Of a stretch of 64,000 bases of DNA, positions 25,671 through 37,671 are shown in pieces. Under the pieces are notes generated by a model. The model searched no databases. It was not told where the DNA came from and saw nothing but the letters and a program-made list of their open reading frames with translations. How positions within the stretch are numbered: the first letter of the stretch is position 1; the number at the start of each line of letters is the position of its first letter. Source of the DNA: Anthoceros angustus. Its lineage: Eukaryota; Plantae; Anthocerotophyta. The stretch covers positions 1 through 64,000 of the forward strand of contig VJWM01000273.1 of assembly GCA_010909165.1 (NCBI GenBank). Reading direction: 5' to 3'. The position numbers and the translations under genes were made by a program.

Positions 25671-27017
25671 TTAATGCACCCTTGGCCTTGAGCTCATTAA
25701 TGCACGCTTTCTCGTGAGCTCATACATTCGCCCGGCCCATACCCACAATATTGAGGCTGCCTATAGTCCCGGCCGAGATCATCCGAGGCTCGAGGGCTAC
25801 ACCGCACCATCATCATGGAGGAAGTCGGTCCCCATCCGGTCTTGATCCACCATCACCGCCGCAATGGAGACCGCTATTCGATTGGAATTGCAAACCTAGT
25901 TGTATTGGGCAATAGAGACTATGTCGTATTTGATTGAAATTGCATACGCGCAAGATCCAGATTGAAAGAGCAAGAACCGACTGCCTTGCAAGTGTGCCTA
26001 AAGAAAACACATTCTGAGACAAAAGAAGCCGATGTCCGACCAATCTATGGTCTTACTAGGACACACTGTATTCAAAAGAACTCGAAACATGTCGAAAATC
26101 GTGGTAAGGCATACACAAGGCACCTTTCATGCAATAAACCAGATCCACCAAGGCGTATCTCTTGTTCGCTCCAAGGCGTAGTCGCCCACGGTTCATGCAG
26201 GGGATCAAAAAGCGCATTACACGGTGCACGCACCTCGGACGGATGCATTCCATGTCGTCCCAATAGAGTCTCACTAACTTGAGAAGAGTCTTCAGACCGC
26301 GCTGGTCACAAATCCCGCCTTTGAGTTTCACGCATGAACCCGCCTTGCCAAGCGAGCGAGGTGTAAAAGGCATTCCCATAGCCACAAAAGTGTCAGGTGC
26401 ACAATCTTGGACAACGATCACGTGAGGGTTGTGAAGCTCCTTGCGTTGGCGAGAAGTTCATAAGGCTCTATGCCGGTCCTTCACACTCTCATAGTGGTGT
26501 GGGTTATGTGTATCGCTTAATGGTAACAGCAGCCTAGCAAAATGAATTGAATGTGGATGGTATCAATGCTCATTTTTATTGTTCTTTGATCATTTTCCTT
26601 GGTTGTGTGTAGAAGGATTTGGTAGGTCCCTACGGTAGGTGTGTCACATCACGTAAGAGAAGGTGAGACCTCAAGCTTCCTTGGGTTCTGACTAGTGAGG
26701 TCGCAAGCCGCAAGTTACGTGACCACCATTCATTCTTGGATGGTAGGGTGTAGCCCTCAGCCCTGTGTGATCTCTCGACCAGGACTAAGGCGGCCTCAGT
26801 ATTGTGGGTATGGGCCCGAGGTGGATGTAAGAGCTCACAAGCAAGAGTACATTAATGAGCTCAAGGTCAAGGGTGCGTTAAGTTAGGCAACAAACTTGCA
26901 AACACGAAGCGGCGAATACGGTCTGTTGCTTATATTAATGCACTCTTGGCCTTGAGCTCATTAATGTAGGTCCCTTGCTCTGAGCTCATACATCCGCCCG
27001 CCCATACCCACAATACT
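25671..27017. repeat. ~130-bp dispersed repeat in three copies (+ 25671-25803, - 26747-26881, + 26935-27017)
   Basis: Shared core TTAATGCACCCTTGGCCTTGAGCTCATTAATG...GAGCTCATACAT...CCCATACCCACAATA; copy 2 is the reverse complement. Confidence 0.85.
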
Positions 27018-29376
27018 TCAGCCTACGGCCCCGGCAACCATGACCCGGCTGGGTCAGACACCGTGACGATCCAAGAATGAATTGTCGCCATACCAGCTCA
27101 TGGCTTGTCCAACTCATCGGCCTTGCTACCAAGCCTCTCTCACCTCCTCAGTGCAATAACGTGCACCGCAATCGCTGAATAGGATTAAAAGTGAACCATG
27201 TCCATTATTCGAGTGCGAAGGACCGCAGCCATGAACTTCTCACTCCCCAATTGCGTGAGCCTCACAACCCAATACAACGTTGTAACTTAACTTACAACAT
27301 GAAATGAAAATTACAAATGAAAAATGCTTTGGAAAGGAAAATGCAAGCCCCCATTCCGGATTAACTACAAGTAATGGGAGAAATCTCCATGACACCTCAC
27401 CGGAAGACTTCTCCTTCCTCACCAGAAGTCGATCCCCCATCCGGATAGCGAGACGGGACTCGCTCCATGCTCCATAGTGCACATGACATGAATCCATGAT
27501 GAAGCCCGCTTTCCTGCTCAATTCTATAATAATGATAGCAAAATCTGCACCAAGCCGGCGGCAATTGTACACCAAGTATCGAATCTATGTGGCGAGAGGC
27601 TTTTAGCGAGGAGGAAGTGGCTTGGTTTGTAGATTGTTTCTTGTGTGTTTACTTACCGGAAACAACGTGGCAACGATTCAAAATCATCGGCCTGGGTTTT
27701 GTAGGTTTCAAGGTAAGTAGATAATGTACATAACCGAGTTTGTCTACTTTCAGTAGTTTAGGCATACCATGGTACAAGTTGTTAGTACCAAGTCACATGA
27801 CGGAAATCCGTCCTTAGTGGACTTAAATAAAATTCTTCTTCTTATCCTTGTGTCTTTTTTTTTCTTCCGCATACTGTACATAGCCAATCCCTAGTTTTCA
27901 TGCAGCTTGCCAGCTGTATGGCCAAAGCCTGTGCAGACCTACCATTTCACACGAAGCATGTCACAAGCCTGCCCTAGCATTCTACTCTCGGCAGCCCAGC
28001 AACTCGTGTGTCTTTAGTCATGAACCCCATTGCCTGCTCTGGTTCCAAAGCACTAGGTTTACCACCTCGCCTTATTCCCTCAGCACCTACCCTCCTCTTC
28101 TCACTTGAATGTACTGGGCACGTGCTCACCACTGTAGGCCAAGCCCTTCTTGGCTCTCCTACACGCCTGACTGGGTGTTGTTGTGATGTCCATCTTCTTC
28201 ACTTGCTGAGCTTTTCTTCCACTATCCAGGATGCCATCGACAACTTGGTTCCTAGGCTTAGTGAGGTTACTGTGTTGGCGTAGGTCTTCTAGACTGCTGG
28301 CCACAATGGTCCAGAAACTCCTCAGCTTGTGGGTATATGAACTGCATTGCCCAAGCCCTGCAGGCTGCCAAGAGCGGGGCTAGGAGGACGATGAGGAAGA
28401 TGGGAGGTTGAGAAAGGGGAGGATTGGCAGGTGAAGGCATAAAAGGGAGCAAGAAAGGCTTGGGGGTGGTTGAAAAGTGGGAGAAGGGAAAAGGTCTGGT
28501 GTCTTTGCAAGCAAGCAAGGGCAAACAACGTTTGCCCGCTGGGCAGAAAGCCACGCCTTCCACAAATCTGCTAGAATCACAAATTCCGAATAGTTCCCAA
28601 TAGCTCTGAGATTCGTCACACCACGCTCCTGCCCAGCAGCACCCAACTTGTCTTCCTCCAACCTATGATTGATTGGTGTCGTAAGACTGCGTTTAAAATG
28701 AAGTGAGCCACCAGTTCACACCTCGAAATACGAGGTTCGTCTTCACACTCTACAGGGTTTCTTGTATGTTCGGGTCATGTTCTGTAGGGTTTCGTGTTCT
28801 GCACGCTTTGGTAGCGAAGAGTTCCATGCGTCACATAGCAGTGGAACGTCAGATGTGCGATGGTGGCTGCTTCCTCTCTAGCCAAGGAGAGAATCGGTGG
28901 ATGAGGATCAAAAGGATTGAATTCGCTGTGGCAAACGGCTTGTTTATAGGAGGGTATAAGATAGAAGGACGTCTTGTATTGTGCTTGCGTGTCTATCTAT
29001 CAATCTGGGGACAGGTAGGGTCTACATGTGTAGACGTTTCTAGGCTCGGGAGCTAGGGTTGGTACCCAAAATTGGGTGCTGTTGTGAGCTACCAAAATTT
29101 GGGTGCTGCAGTGCTATATGGTTTAGGTACTTGTATAGGTACGAAGGTCGTAAACCATTAGGGGGCAAGGTTGACAGGTAGCCAACCGCAGGCCAAGGTA
29201 TCACGAGCAGCGCGTAGCATTTGTTAATTTGCGTTGGAGGCAAGTTCTGTTAGAGGAGGACCGACAGGCGGGGACGGTACGAGAGTATTGTTGGGTGAAT
29301 TACGCGGCAGGAACGTAATAGCGAGATTTCAGCTCCAGGGTGGGAACGGATTTGAAAGGTGGCTTGGCAGATTATC

Positions 29377-32300
29377 ATGAAGCAGGACAACTACGAAGAC
29401 AAGGTCCCCGGTTGCAATCCTGGGGCACCTTCTGCTTCCGTCTCGTCGCAGGGTCTCACGGCGGAACAGGGTTCTAACAGGTCCGAAAAGGGCGGACGAG
29501 GTTCCAAGTCTTTTGAGCAAGAGGAACGTGTGGATCTCAACCATACGCTTGGACCATTCCACCACTCTTCAGGTCCCCCGGTAGTGCCTGGTCCTCCACA
29601 TCAGGCTTCTGAAGAGTTGCCGACGTGCTCATCTAGTGACAAGAAGCAGGGATCTACTTCATGTAAGATGGATGGCGAGAAAAGAGGGAGGAGGCGTCCT
29701 TCTCGAAAGCCTAGACGGATTGTCGAGGCCACTGTCGGAGCTTCTGGGACAAGTTGTTCTGGTTTGTCTTTTACCTTTCTTGAGACAAGTTGTGCTGCTT
29801 GGCTTTTGAAGATTGTGAGCCCAAAGCCAAATGAACAAATGCACTGAATGTTGAGCTCTACTGAGTGATGAACAGAAACAGAATGATGTGAGAGCTCTAA
29901 GCATAATAACTAAAGCGTCTTTCTTGTACTAAACCAAGAGACCAAAATACTTCATCTTGGCAGGTGAAGCAAGTGAAGCAACCCACCAAAAATCATGTCT
30001 TTATAAGTTTCCTAGTCCACCTTCAGTTTACAGCCCATATCCTAGTTTAACTAACATTTCCGGTATGGGCATCAAACAGTATACTTCTCTTGCCTGCTCA
30101 CCATCAGGAATGAGGGGATGGCATGATGCAACCCATGGGACACTTGACCCTGATGTGAGGTTTGAGGCTTTTCCCCGTTGGTGTCACCCAGTAGGTAGCA
30201 GTTCACCCAAGCGAGCTAAATCTATTTGCAGGCTGCAATATGTTCCTGTGAGAAAATTGAACTGCAAATTCAAGGAAATGCCTGTGGTTAGAGTGTCAAA
30301 GCCAAAAGATTGTGGAAAGTTGCTGACAAGTTCAAATAAACCTTGCAGCTGGAAAGGTGATTGAATGCCCAATTTCATCAGTACAGGTGCTTTGAGTGTC
30401 GAGTCATCGCTTGAGTCACTTTCAAGTCCTGACCTGCAGACAATCTTATGCGTGAAAGTATTCTTAGGTTCTTCTACAGGAATTGCTCCAGATAATGACA
30501 AGTATACGAAAGGATCAAATGGAGTGTGTCCAGAAGTTGAGAGTGTTGGAGACCAGTCAGAGTTGGGCTCAACCGTGGTAGAGAACAGTTATGGGACTGC
30601 TTGCTGGCCAGCCGATGGTCATAGCAAAGAAACCTTCTTTACTAGCCACTGGTCAAGTGAACAAGTCAGGGCATCTATTTTGGTGAGTAGGAATTACGAT
30701 ACAAGCCACCCCACAAGTAGGAATCCTATGAAATAATGTTTTGTTGTTACCTTTGGGGTTATTAATATTGTGACATTTGCAGGCTGGACAAGTATATACG
30801 GCAAATTTCCGAGTAAATGCATACAATCGGACAGAAGTATGTGCTTGATTCTCTGGAGCTTTGTTTACAGTAAATCAAAGTTTTTTCTTTGTCCTTTTGT
30901 GTCAGAGGTTTACTGTTTTACGTCTCTTTTGGTCAGGCTTATGTGACAGTTCCAGGTGTGCCTGTCGACATACGAATTGATGGAGTTACAGCCCAGAATC
31001 GGGCGGTGAGTATGATGAGCCTTGCTATTGTCAGAGTTTTTGCAGCCATTCGTTTTTGTACCTTGTGCTTATGCAGGGGTGTCTTTGTAGATTGAGGGCG
31101 ATGTGGTGGCAGTGGAGGTGGATCCACCAGCTTATTGGGCCAAACTTAAGGTCCCTATTCCAAAGCAGTTGCCAGTTGAGCTTGGTATGCAGGAAGAGCG
31201 CTCTGATGTTGAGTCTAGTAGATCAGATCAGTTTGAACTCTCAGTTTCAAGCCTGGAAAAAACTGGGAAACCGATTCCTCGGGACCAAGCTGTAAGTATT
31301 GAGCCTGATCCGGTCAACAAGTGTCTGCTGGTGCAAATGGAGCAGATGGCACATGAGCGCAGACTTGAACTAGGAGAGAGTTCACAACCTGAGGTGCAGA
31401 AGGCTGTAATTAGCAATTGCTCGCCCGCAGGGACCCAGAGGCTTGCTGAACTGGTTATTTTGTCAGCTGGAAAAAGGCCAACTGGAAAAGTTGTGGCGAT
31501 TTTGGAAAAATCACCTCGCCGAGAGGCTATTGTAGGCTCGCTGGACGTTCATCAGTCACATCGTCCTGCAGGCAGGAGTGGCCTCAAGAGCTTCTGCAAA
31601 GTGGAAGAGCAGCAAGCTCAGAAAACTTTCCACTCACATGATTTTCCCAACTTTATACTGTTAACACCTGTGGATACTCGGCTGCCCAAAATGGTGGTCT
31701 ACTCCAACACCTTGCCAGCTGAAGTCCTCAGAAGGGTGCAAGATGGAGATCCAACTCTGCAGCATGAGCTATTTGCTGCTAGGATAGAAAGCTGGAAGCC
31801 AGAGTGTCACATGCCTCGGGCTGCGGTGCGGCAGAGCTTGGGGAACGAAGGAGACATTGAGACACACACAGCTGCCATCTTATTTGAGCATGCAATTCAT
31901 GGTAAAGATTTCCCGTCACATGCTATGGCCTGCCTGCCCAGTCTACCTTACGAAATACCGAATGATGAGATACAGCGGAGGAGGGATCTAAGAGGAACTC
32001 GGGTATTTTCGATTGACCCACCCACTGCGAAGGATCTGGATGATGCTCTATCGATTGAGCAGCTAGCTGATGGCAATGTCCGGGTAGGAGTCCACATAGC
32101 TGACGTGTCTTATTTTGTGAGGCCTAACAGTGCTTTGGACAAGGAGGCTCAAAGGCGTTCAACAAGTGTCTACCTCGTCCACCAGGTCTTGCCAATGCTG
32201 CCAAAACGCCTCTGTGAGGAGTTGTGCTCATTAGATTCTGGTGTAGATCGGCTAGCTTTTTCTGTTATGTGGCAGATGGGTCCAACAGGTGATATTTTGG

Positions 32301-34098
32301 ATCAGTGGATTGGCCGGACAGTAATACGGTCCTGTGCTAAGCTTACCTATGCCCATGCTCAAGCAATGATTGATGGAAGTTTCAATGTAGATGATGTGGG
32401 GTTGGAAAAGCTGCCAATAATTCATGGAGATTTTACTTGGCAGGAAGTTGTATCGGATGTATTGGATTTGAATAAGGTGGCAAAGTTTAGAAGAGAGAGT
32501 CGGTTTGGGGCAGGTGCTCTTAGGTTGGACAATTCGAAGCTTGTCTTTGCATTGGATTCCAAAGGCATTCCTTGCGATAGTATGGTGTATGAGCAAACAG
32601 ACTCTAACTTTTTGGTAGAGGAGTTGATGCTTATGGCCAACATGGCAGTTGCAAGAGTTATCTCAAATGCTTTCCCAGATTGTGCACTATTGAGACGTCA
32701 TCCTGAACCAAATCCACGCAAGTTGCAGGAGTTTGAAGAAGTCTGTCTGAGGCATGGGTTTGAGCTTGATAGCTCTTCTGCTGGTGCACTGCACAGCTCT
32801 TTAGAGAGGATTCGGTTGGCAGTGAAGGATGATCCTGTATTATTCAATGTTCTCATGCTTTATGCAACCAAACCCATGCAACTGGCGAAGTACTTCTCAA
32901 CAGGAGAGTTTAAGGATAATGAAGATGAATGGGCACATTATGCCTTGGCAACCCCGTATTATACTCATTTTACTTCCCCTATCAGAAGGTATCCAGATCT
33001 TGTAGTACATCGCACATTAGCAGCGGTCCTTGATGCAGAAGCGATGCTTTCCCAAGGTGCCCCTTTAACAAATGATGTTAAGAATGGCGCTGAAGCAGCT
33101 TCTCTCCCAGGGTTAAGTCCTCTTGGATTTGGATCATTCAGTGGTGGTGGGCTTCAGAAGAAAGCAGCTTCCTCAGTAGTAGCTCGGATTGCTCTGGATG
33201 AAGCTGCTAGCAAGCATAAAATTCCTGGGTCATCGGAGCTTGCAGTAGTCGCTGCTCATTGCAATGAGAGAAAGCTGGCCGGGCGGAATGTGGCTGAGGC
33301 TTGTGCTAAGGTTTATCTCTGGGCAATGTTAAAAAACAAGCAGGTGGGCTACCTTCTTGGCCACATTAACGATCTTGTTCACCTGTTTCCCCCGGTTGCC
33401 ATATGGAAAATCCATGTCTGTTGACCATGGTTGTCCGTACTGGACTTGTGATGTGGCAGGGTACGGATCTTATATCTGAAGCGCGAGTTGTTGCTTTAGG
33501 CCCGAAGTTCATGTCTGTATATGTGAATAAAATCGCTGTAAGGCCATCAGTTCATCATGGTCAAGGCTATTATACTTGCCTGTATGTTAGTGCATTTTGG
33601 TGTTCTTCAGCATGTCTCTTGACGGCTTTGGTGTTGATGCTGCAGATGGAAAGGCGTATCTACTATGAAGAGATTGATGGCATGAGTGTTGAATGGTTTG
33701 AGGGGACAGGCACGGTTGTGCTTGACATCTGCCCCCAAAGGCCTGTTCAGAAGAAGCAGAATCCATGTAAAAATAGGGTGTTGAGATCTGTGGCAGATGT
33801 GGCCACACTGGTAAATCCCACTCATGCTGTGTTAAGGCCAGAAGATTTGCAGGATGTTGTGAGGGAAGTGGAGGATATACTTGCAGGGCGGTTACCTTTG
33901 TGTGGCCAAGAGAAGGGGTATTTGACTGACAATGAAAGGGAGGACAGGAGTGTTTGGATTGAACCTGCTGTTCTCCCTTTGACATTGAAGCTGTTCTCTA
34001 CAGTGCCTGTCTCCCTGCATCCAACGGGCGGTAATAACAAGGCTGTTGATGTTAGCGCCAGGCTGTACTTGTCTTCATACCAGACGTTGATCGGATGA
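29377..34098 (+). CDS. DIS3L2: DIS3-like exoribonuclease 2 (RNase II/RNB family; plant SOV/RRP44B)
   Basis: Phase-consistent GT-AG exons: 29377-29761, 29964-30682, 30783-30836, 30937-31005, 31091-33343, 33460-33537, 33646-34098. The splice product gives FFTSHWS...FRVNAYNRTEAY...AQNRAIEGDVVAVEV, the catalytic FSIDPPTAKDLDDAL, LRRHPEP, YTHFTSPIRRYPD and ERRIYYEE. An in-frame TGA at 30362-30364 makes the 5' part of the model uncertain. Confidence 0.95.
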
Positions 34099-34539
34099 GG
34101 CTTGAGTGAATGGAAGGAGAAGCTGGAGGCGGTTCATTTTGGCCTGAGCCCGCCTGTTGTACAAGGGTGATTTCAGGTTGGCAGCCGGGATTGTTTTTTG
34201 CTTGTTATTTTGAATTAATTTGAGACATTGTTTGCTGTGGCGTTCAACGGAAGCATCTGTTGATGTTTTTGCCGTGACAGTATATCCATGGTTGGTGCAG
34301 CTGTATCCAGTTCAGGTGGCATATAACTCATTCCCAAGTGGTGATGTCGATCTAGCTTCGCGGATCCTCTGAGGACGATTATGCTTGGAGTGGCACCTTA
34401 CTACATGTAGGTGATAAATAGATATCATGAGACGATTGCCAACTCCAAGGATATATGGGACAAATTAAGTTTGTGCACTTGATGGATTTGTATCGGTCAC
34501 TAATGAGCTCTGGTGCGGTTCCTTTGTAAATTTGGTCAA

Positions 34540-34612
34540 GCCTTGGCCTCCAGGCGCTGGGGTCCGGAGCGCGAGATTCCAGGTTCGAGTCCAACCCGCT
34601 GCGATTGTGGAT
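34540..34612 (+). other. tRNA-like fragment (possible tRNA pseudogene or SINE head)
   Basis: Perfect B-box GGTTCGAGTCC and an upstream GCGCT/AGCGC stem. The A-box is weak, and the T-stem and acceptor stem do not close. Confidence 0.25.
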
Positions 34613-34761
34613 AAGTCTTCAAAGTTCAATGGCATACCATTGAAATATGAAAGTAATAGTGGATATGGGAGCAGGCAAACGGAGCCTCCAGCCATATTTG
34701 GCTAAGGTTTTGAAAAGGTTGTGTGCTCAGGTGAGACTTGAAAAGAACAGAAAGAACAGAA

Positions 34762-35032
34762 AGAAAAGAAGAGAAGAGAAGGGAAAAGAAGAGGAGAAGA
34801 GAAAAGAAGAGAAAAGAAGAGAAAAGAAGAGAAAAGAAGAGCAAAGAAGAGCAAAGAAGAGAAGAGAAAAGGAGAGAAAAGGAGAAAAGAAGAGAAAGAA
34901 GAGAAAAGAAGAGAAAAGAAGAGAAAAGAAGAGAAAAGAAGAGAAAAGAAGAGAAAAGAAGAGAAAAGAAGAGAAAAGAAGAGAAAAGAAGAGAAAAGAA
35001 GAGAAAAGAAGAGAAAAGAAGAGAAAAGAAGA
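34762..35032 (+). repeat. (GAAAAGAAGA)n 10-bp microsatellite
   Basis: Perfect 10-bp periodicity at 34901-35032, degenerate upstream. Confidence 0.95.
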
Positions 35033-36534
35033 GGAAGGATGTGGTTGTGTGACTAAACCTCTACTGGGCCTGTGTGTTGTGCTGGGGTTGGAGCAGATGC
35101 TACGGTTCCAATTTAAAGAGGTAGAACAAAGTACATCGGGTTGGCATCGCCTGATTCCACAGCGACTTGTGTTAGCTTTGTCCAGGCAGAGGCAGTTTGT
35201 GTCGCACTGTTGGGTGAGCAGTTTGGTGTTTGAGGCACTTGTGAGATGATTTTGGGGCGTTGTCTGGGAATGTACGTAGGTGTGTACGTGGGGCATCGGG
35301 GGGTCCGCTACATGCATGCTGTGTCGGTGTGAAGGTGCATCATCCAGGTTGGGGAAGGTGAGTCATCCAGGTTGGGGAAGGTGAAAGGTGGCAGGTTGGG
35401 GAAGGTGAAAGGTGGCAGGAAGTGTCTAGCCCTGGAGTCTGAATCTCTGTTCCCCCTTGTTCGCTTTTCAAATCTTCCCGCCTTTAACGAGGGCAGTTTA
35501 CGCATTGATCCCCCGGTGGCTCACTCGTGCAATGTTCGCACACGCACACCGGCATTGCGTATTCAGCATGCTGTCTGAGGAAGAGGAGCGATCTAGGCGT
35601 GGACGTCCCGGGAGAGGCGTACCTGCAGGGAGTCGATTGCACCAGTGACAAGTCAGGTGCCCCCGACCTCCCATAGTAAATCAAATATGTGGAAAACGGT
35701 GGTCATACTAACATAGCTGCACACTTACGTCGGTGCACACACATGTAGTCTCATGATCCGAAGCACGCAGTACACAGCACACTGGACTTGAACCGGAAGT
35801 GGACGGCACAGCTGCGGTGGGGAGACATGTACTTGACAACGGAATTGATGCCGGAGGCTCTAAGATAAGAGAGGAAGGCGGGCTTGTTGCTGTTCCATTA
35901 CCGAAAGCTGGTAGGCCCCAGTGGTGGCAGTCGACCAAACAGAAGCAACAAAGGGAGCAGAAGCGAAATGATTGCGGATAAACATGCATGGAATCTTGGA
36001 TTCGATTGCTACGGCTGATGATGCTGCTGGCCTGGTGCCTGGTGCCTGGTGCCTGCTGCCGGTGGTTATAACTTACCACCGCTCTCTCTGAAGAGGCCCT
36101 TGTGGCTCTTGGGGAAAGGAGTGGTTGCGCACAACTGCCAATATCACGATTCACAACACTTACACACATATCACATACACAGGCAATCTAGTTTGAAGTG
36201 TAGAGTCGGGTGTAGATGTGCATCCGGATCGGGATCCGGCTTCTGGGCCCCCATGCCTGGTTGTGTACAAATATATAGATATTGGCTGACGTTTTTGTTC
36301 CAAGTGTGCGGATACATAGGGCCAGTGGACGCCTGGTAGCCACATAATGTGTCCCAAGATGGGCTGGCGCTTGGGCTCGGGAACCGTGTAAAATACCGGA
36401 TACATCGTCATATGTATGTTCATAGATTGTAGAGCGGAGCCTGAGCCTGAGCCTGTGAGAGCTTGAGCCTTACGAGAGGCAATTGTATGTATAGGAGTGG
36501 CTACTGGGATACGACTCGATTGCGGACAGAGGAA

Positions 36535-36900
36535 GGGGCAGGGGCAGGGGCAGGGGCAGGGGCAGGGGCAGGGGCAGGGGCAGGGGCAGGGGCAGGGGCA
36601 GGGGCAGGGGCAGGGGCAGGGGCAGGGGCAGGGGCAGGGGCAGGGGCAGGGGCAGGGGCAGGGCAGGGGCAGGGGCAGGGGCAGGGGCAGAGAGGCAGGG
36701 CAGGGGCGGGAGAGAGTGGTGGCAGGGGCGGGGAGAGGTGGCAGGGCAGGGGCGGGAGAGAGGCAGGGCAGGGGCAGGGGCGGGGAGAGAGTGGCAGGGC
36801 AGGGGCAGAGAGTGGCAGGGGCAGGGGCGGGAGAGAGAGTGGCAGGGGCAGGGGCAGAGAGTGGCAGGGGCCAGAGGCAGAGGCAGGCGCAGGGGCGCGA
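36535..36900 (+). repeat. (GGGGCA)n microsatellite with degenerate GAGAGTGGCAG tail; G-quadruplex-prone
   Basis: About 26 units at 36535-36689, then imperfect units. Confidence 0.95.
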
Positions 36901-37062
36901 GCGCGGCTCAGGCCCAGAGAGTGGCAGAGAGGCAAACAGGTAACAGGAGCGGCGCTGCAGCCTGGCAATGGCATGCCACTGTGTACATGCATATGTAGTG
37001 TAGTATATATGTACTGGAGTCTGAGTGCCTGGAGCGCGCTAGCTCCCGTCTCTGGCTCTTGC

Positions 37063-37555
37063 CCTCTTGCCCCTCTTGCCTCTTGCCTCTTGTTTTGCCT
37101 CTTGTTTTGCCTATTGCCTCTTACCTCTTGCCTATTGCCTCTTGCTTGCCTCTTGCCTCTTGCCTCTTGCCTCTTGCCTCTTGCCTCTTGCCTCTTGCCT
37201 CTTGCCTCTTGCCTCTTGCCTCTTGCCTCTCTGCCTCTTGCCTCTGCCTCTGCCTCTGCCTCTGCCTCTGCCTCTGCCTCTGCCTCTACCTCTGCCTCTG
37301 CCTCTGCTCTGCCTCTGCCTCTGCCTCTGCCTCTGCCTCTGCCTCTGCCTCTGCCTCTGCCTCTGCCTCTGCCTCTGCCTCTGCCTCTGCCTCTGCCTCT
37401 GCCTCTGCCGCTGCCTCTGCCTCTGCCTCTGCCTCTGCCTCTGCCTCTGCCTCTGCCTCTGCCTCTGCCTGCCTCTGCCTCTGCCTCGGCCTCGGCCTCG
37501 GCCTCTGCCTCGGCCTCGGCCTCCGCCTCCGCCTCTGCCTCTGCCTCTGCCTCTG
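37063..37555 (+). repeat. (TTGCCTC)n followed by (GCCTCT)n microsatellites
   Basis: 7-bp units at ~37063-37240 and 6-bp units at ~37240-37555, followed by a 42-bp duplication (TGAGCAGCAC at 37554 and 37596). Confidence 0.95.
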
Positions 37556-37671
37556 AGCAGCACATTCATTTCCCATGAGCCCCCGCCTCTGCCTCTGAGC
37601 AGCACATTCATTTCCCATGAGCCCCTCCCTCCACCAGGCTCCGAGCCATGAACACCGTGCCACTGGCTTGT

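Noticed and set aside
30362-30364. Selenocysteine recoding of the TGA
   Set aside because: Land plants lack the Sec machinery, and the site is in a non-catalytic region.
30357-30386. 30-nt micro-intron that would remove the DIS3L2 stop in frame
   Set aside because: It has GT..AG and the right phase but is far below normal plant intron length.
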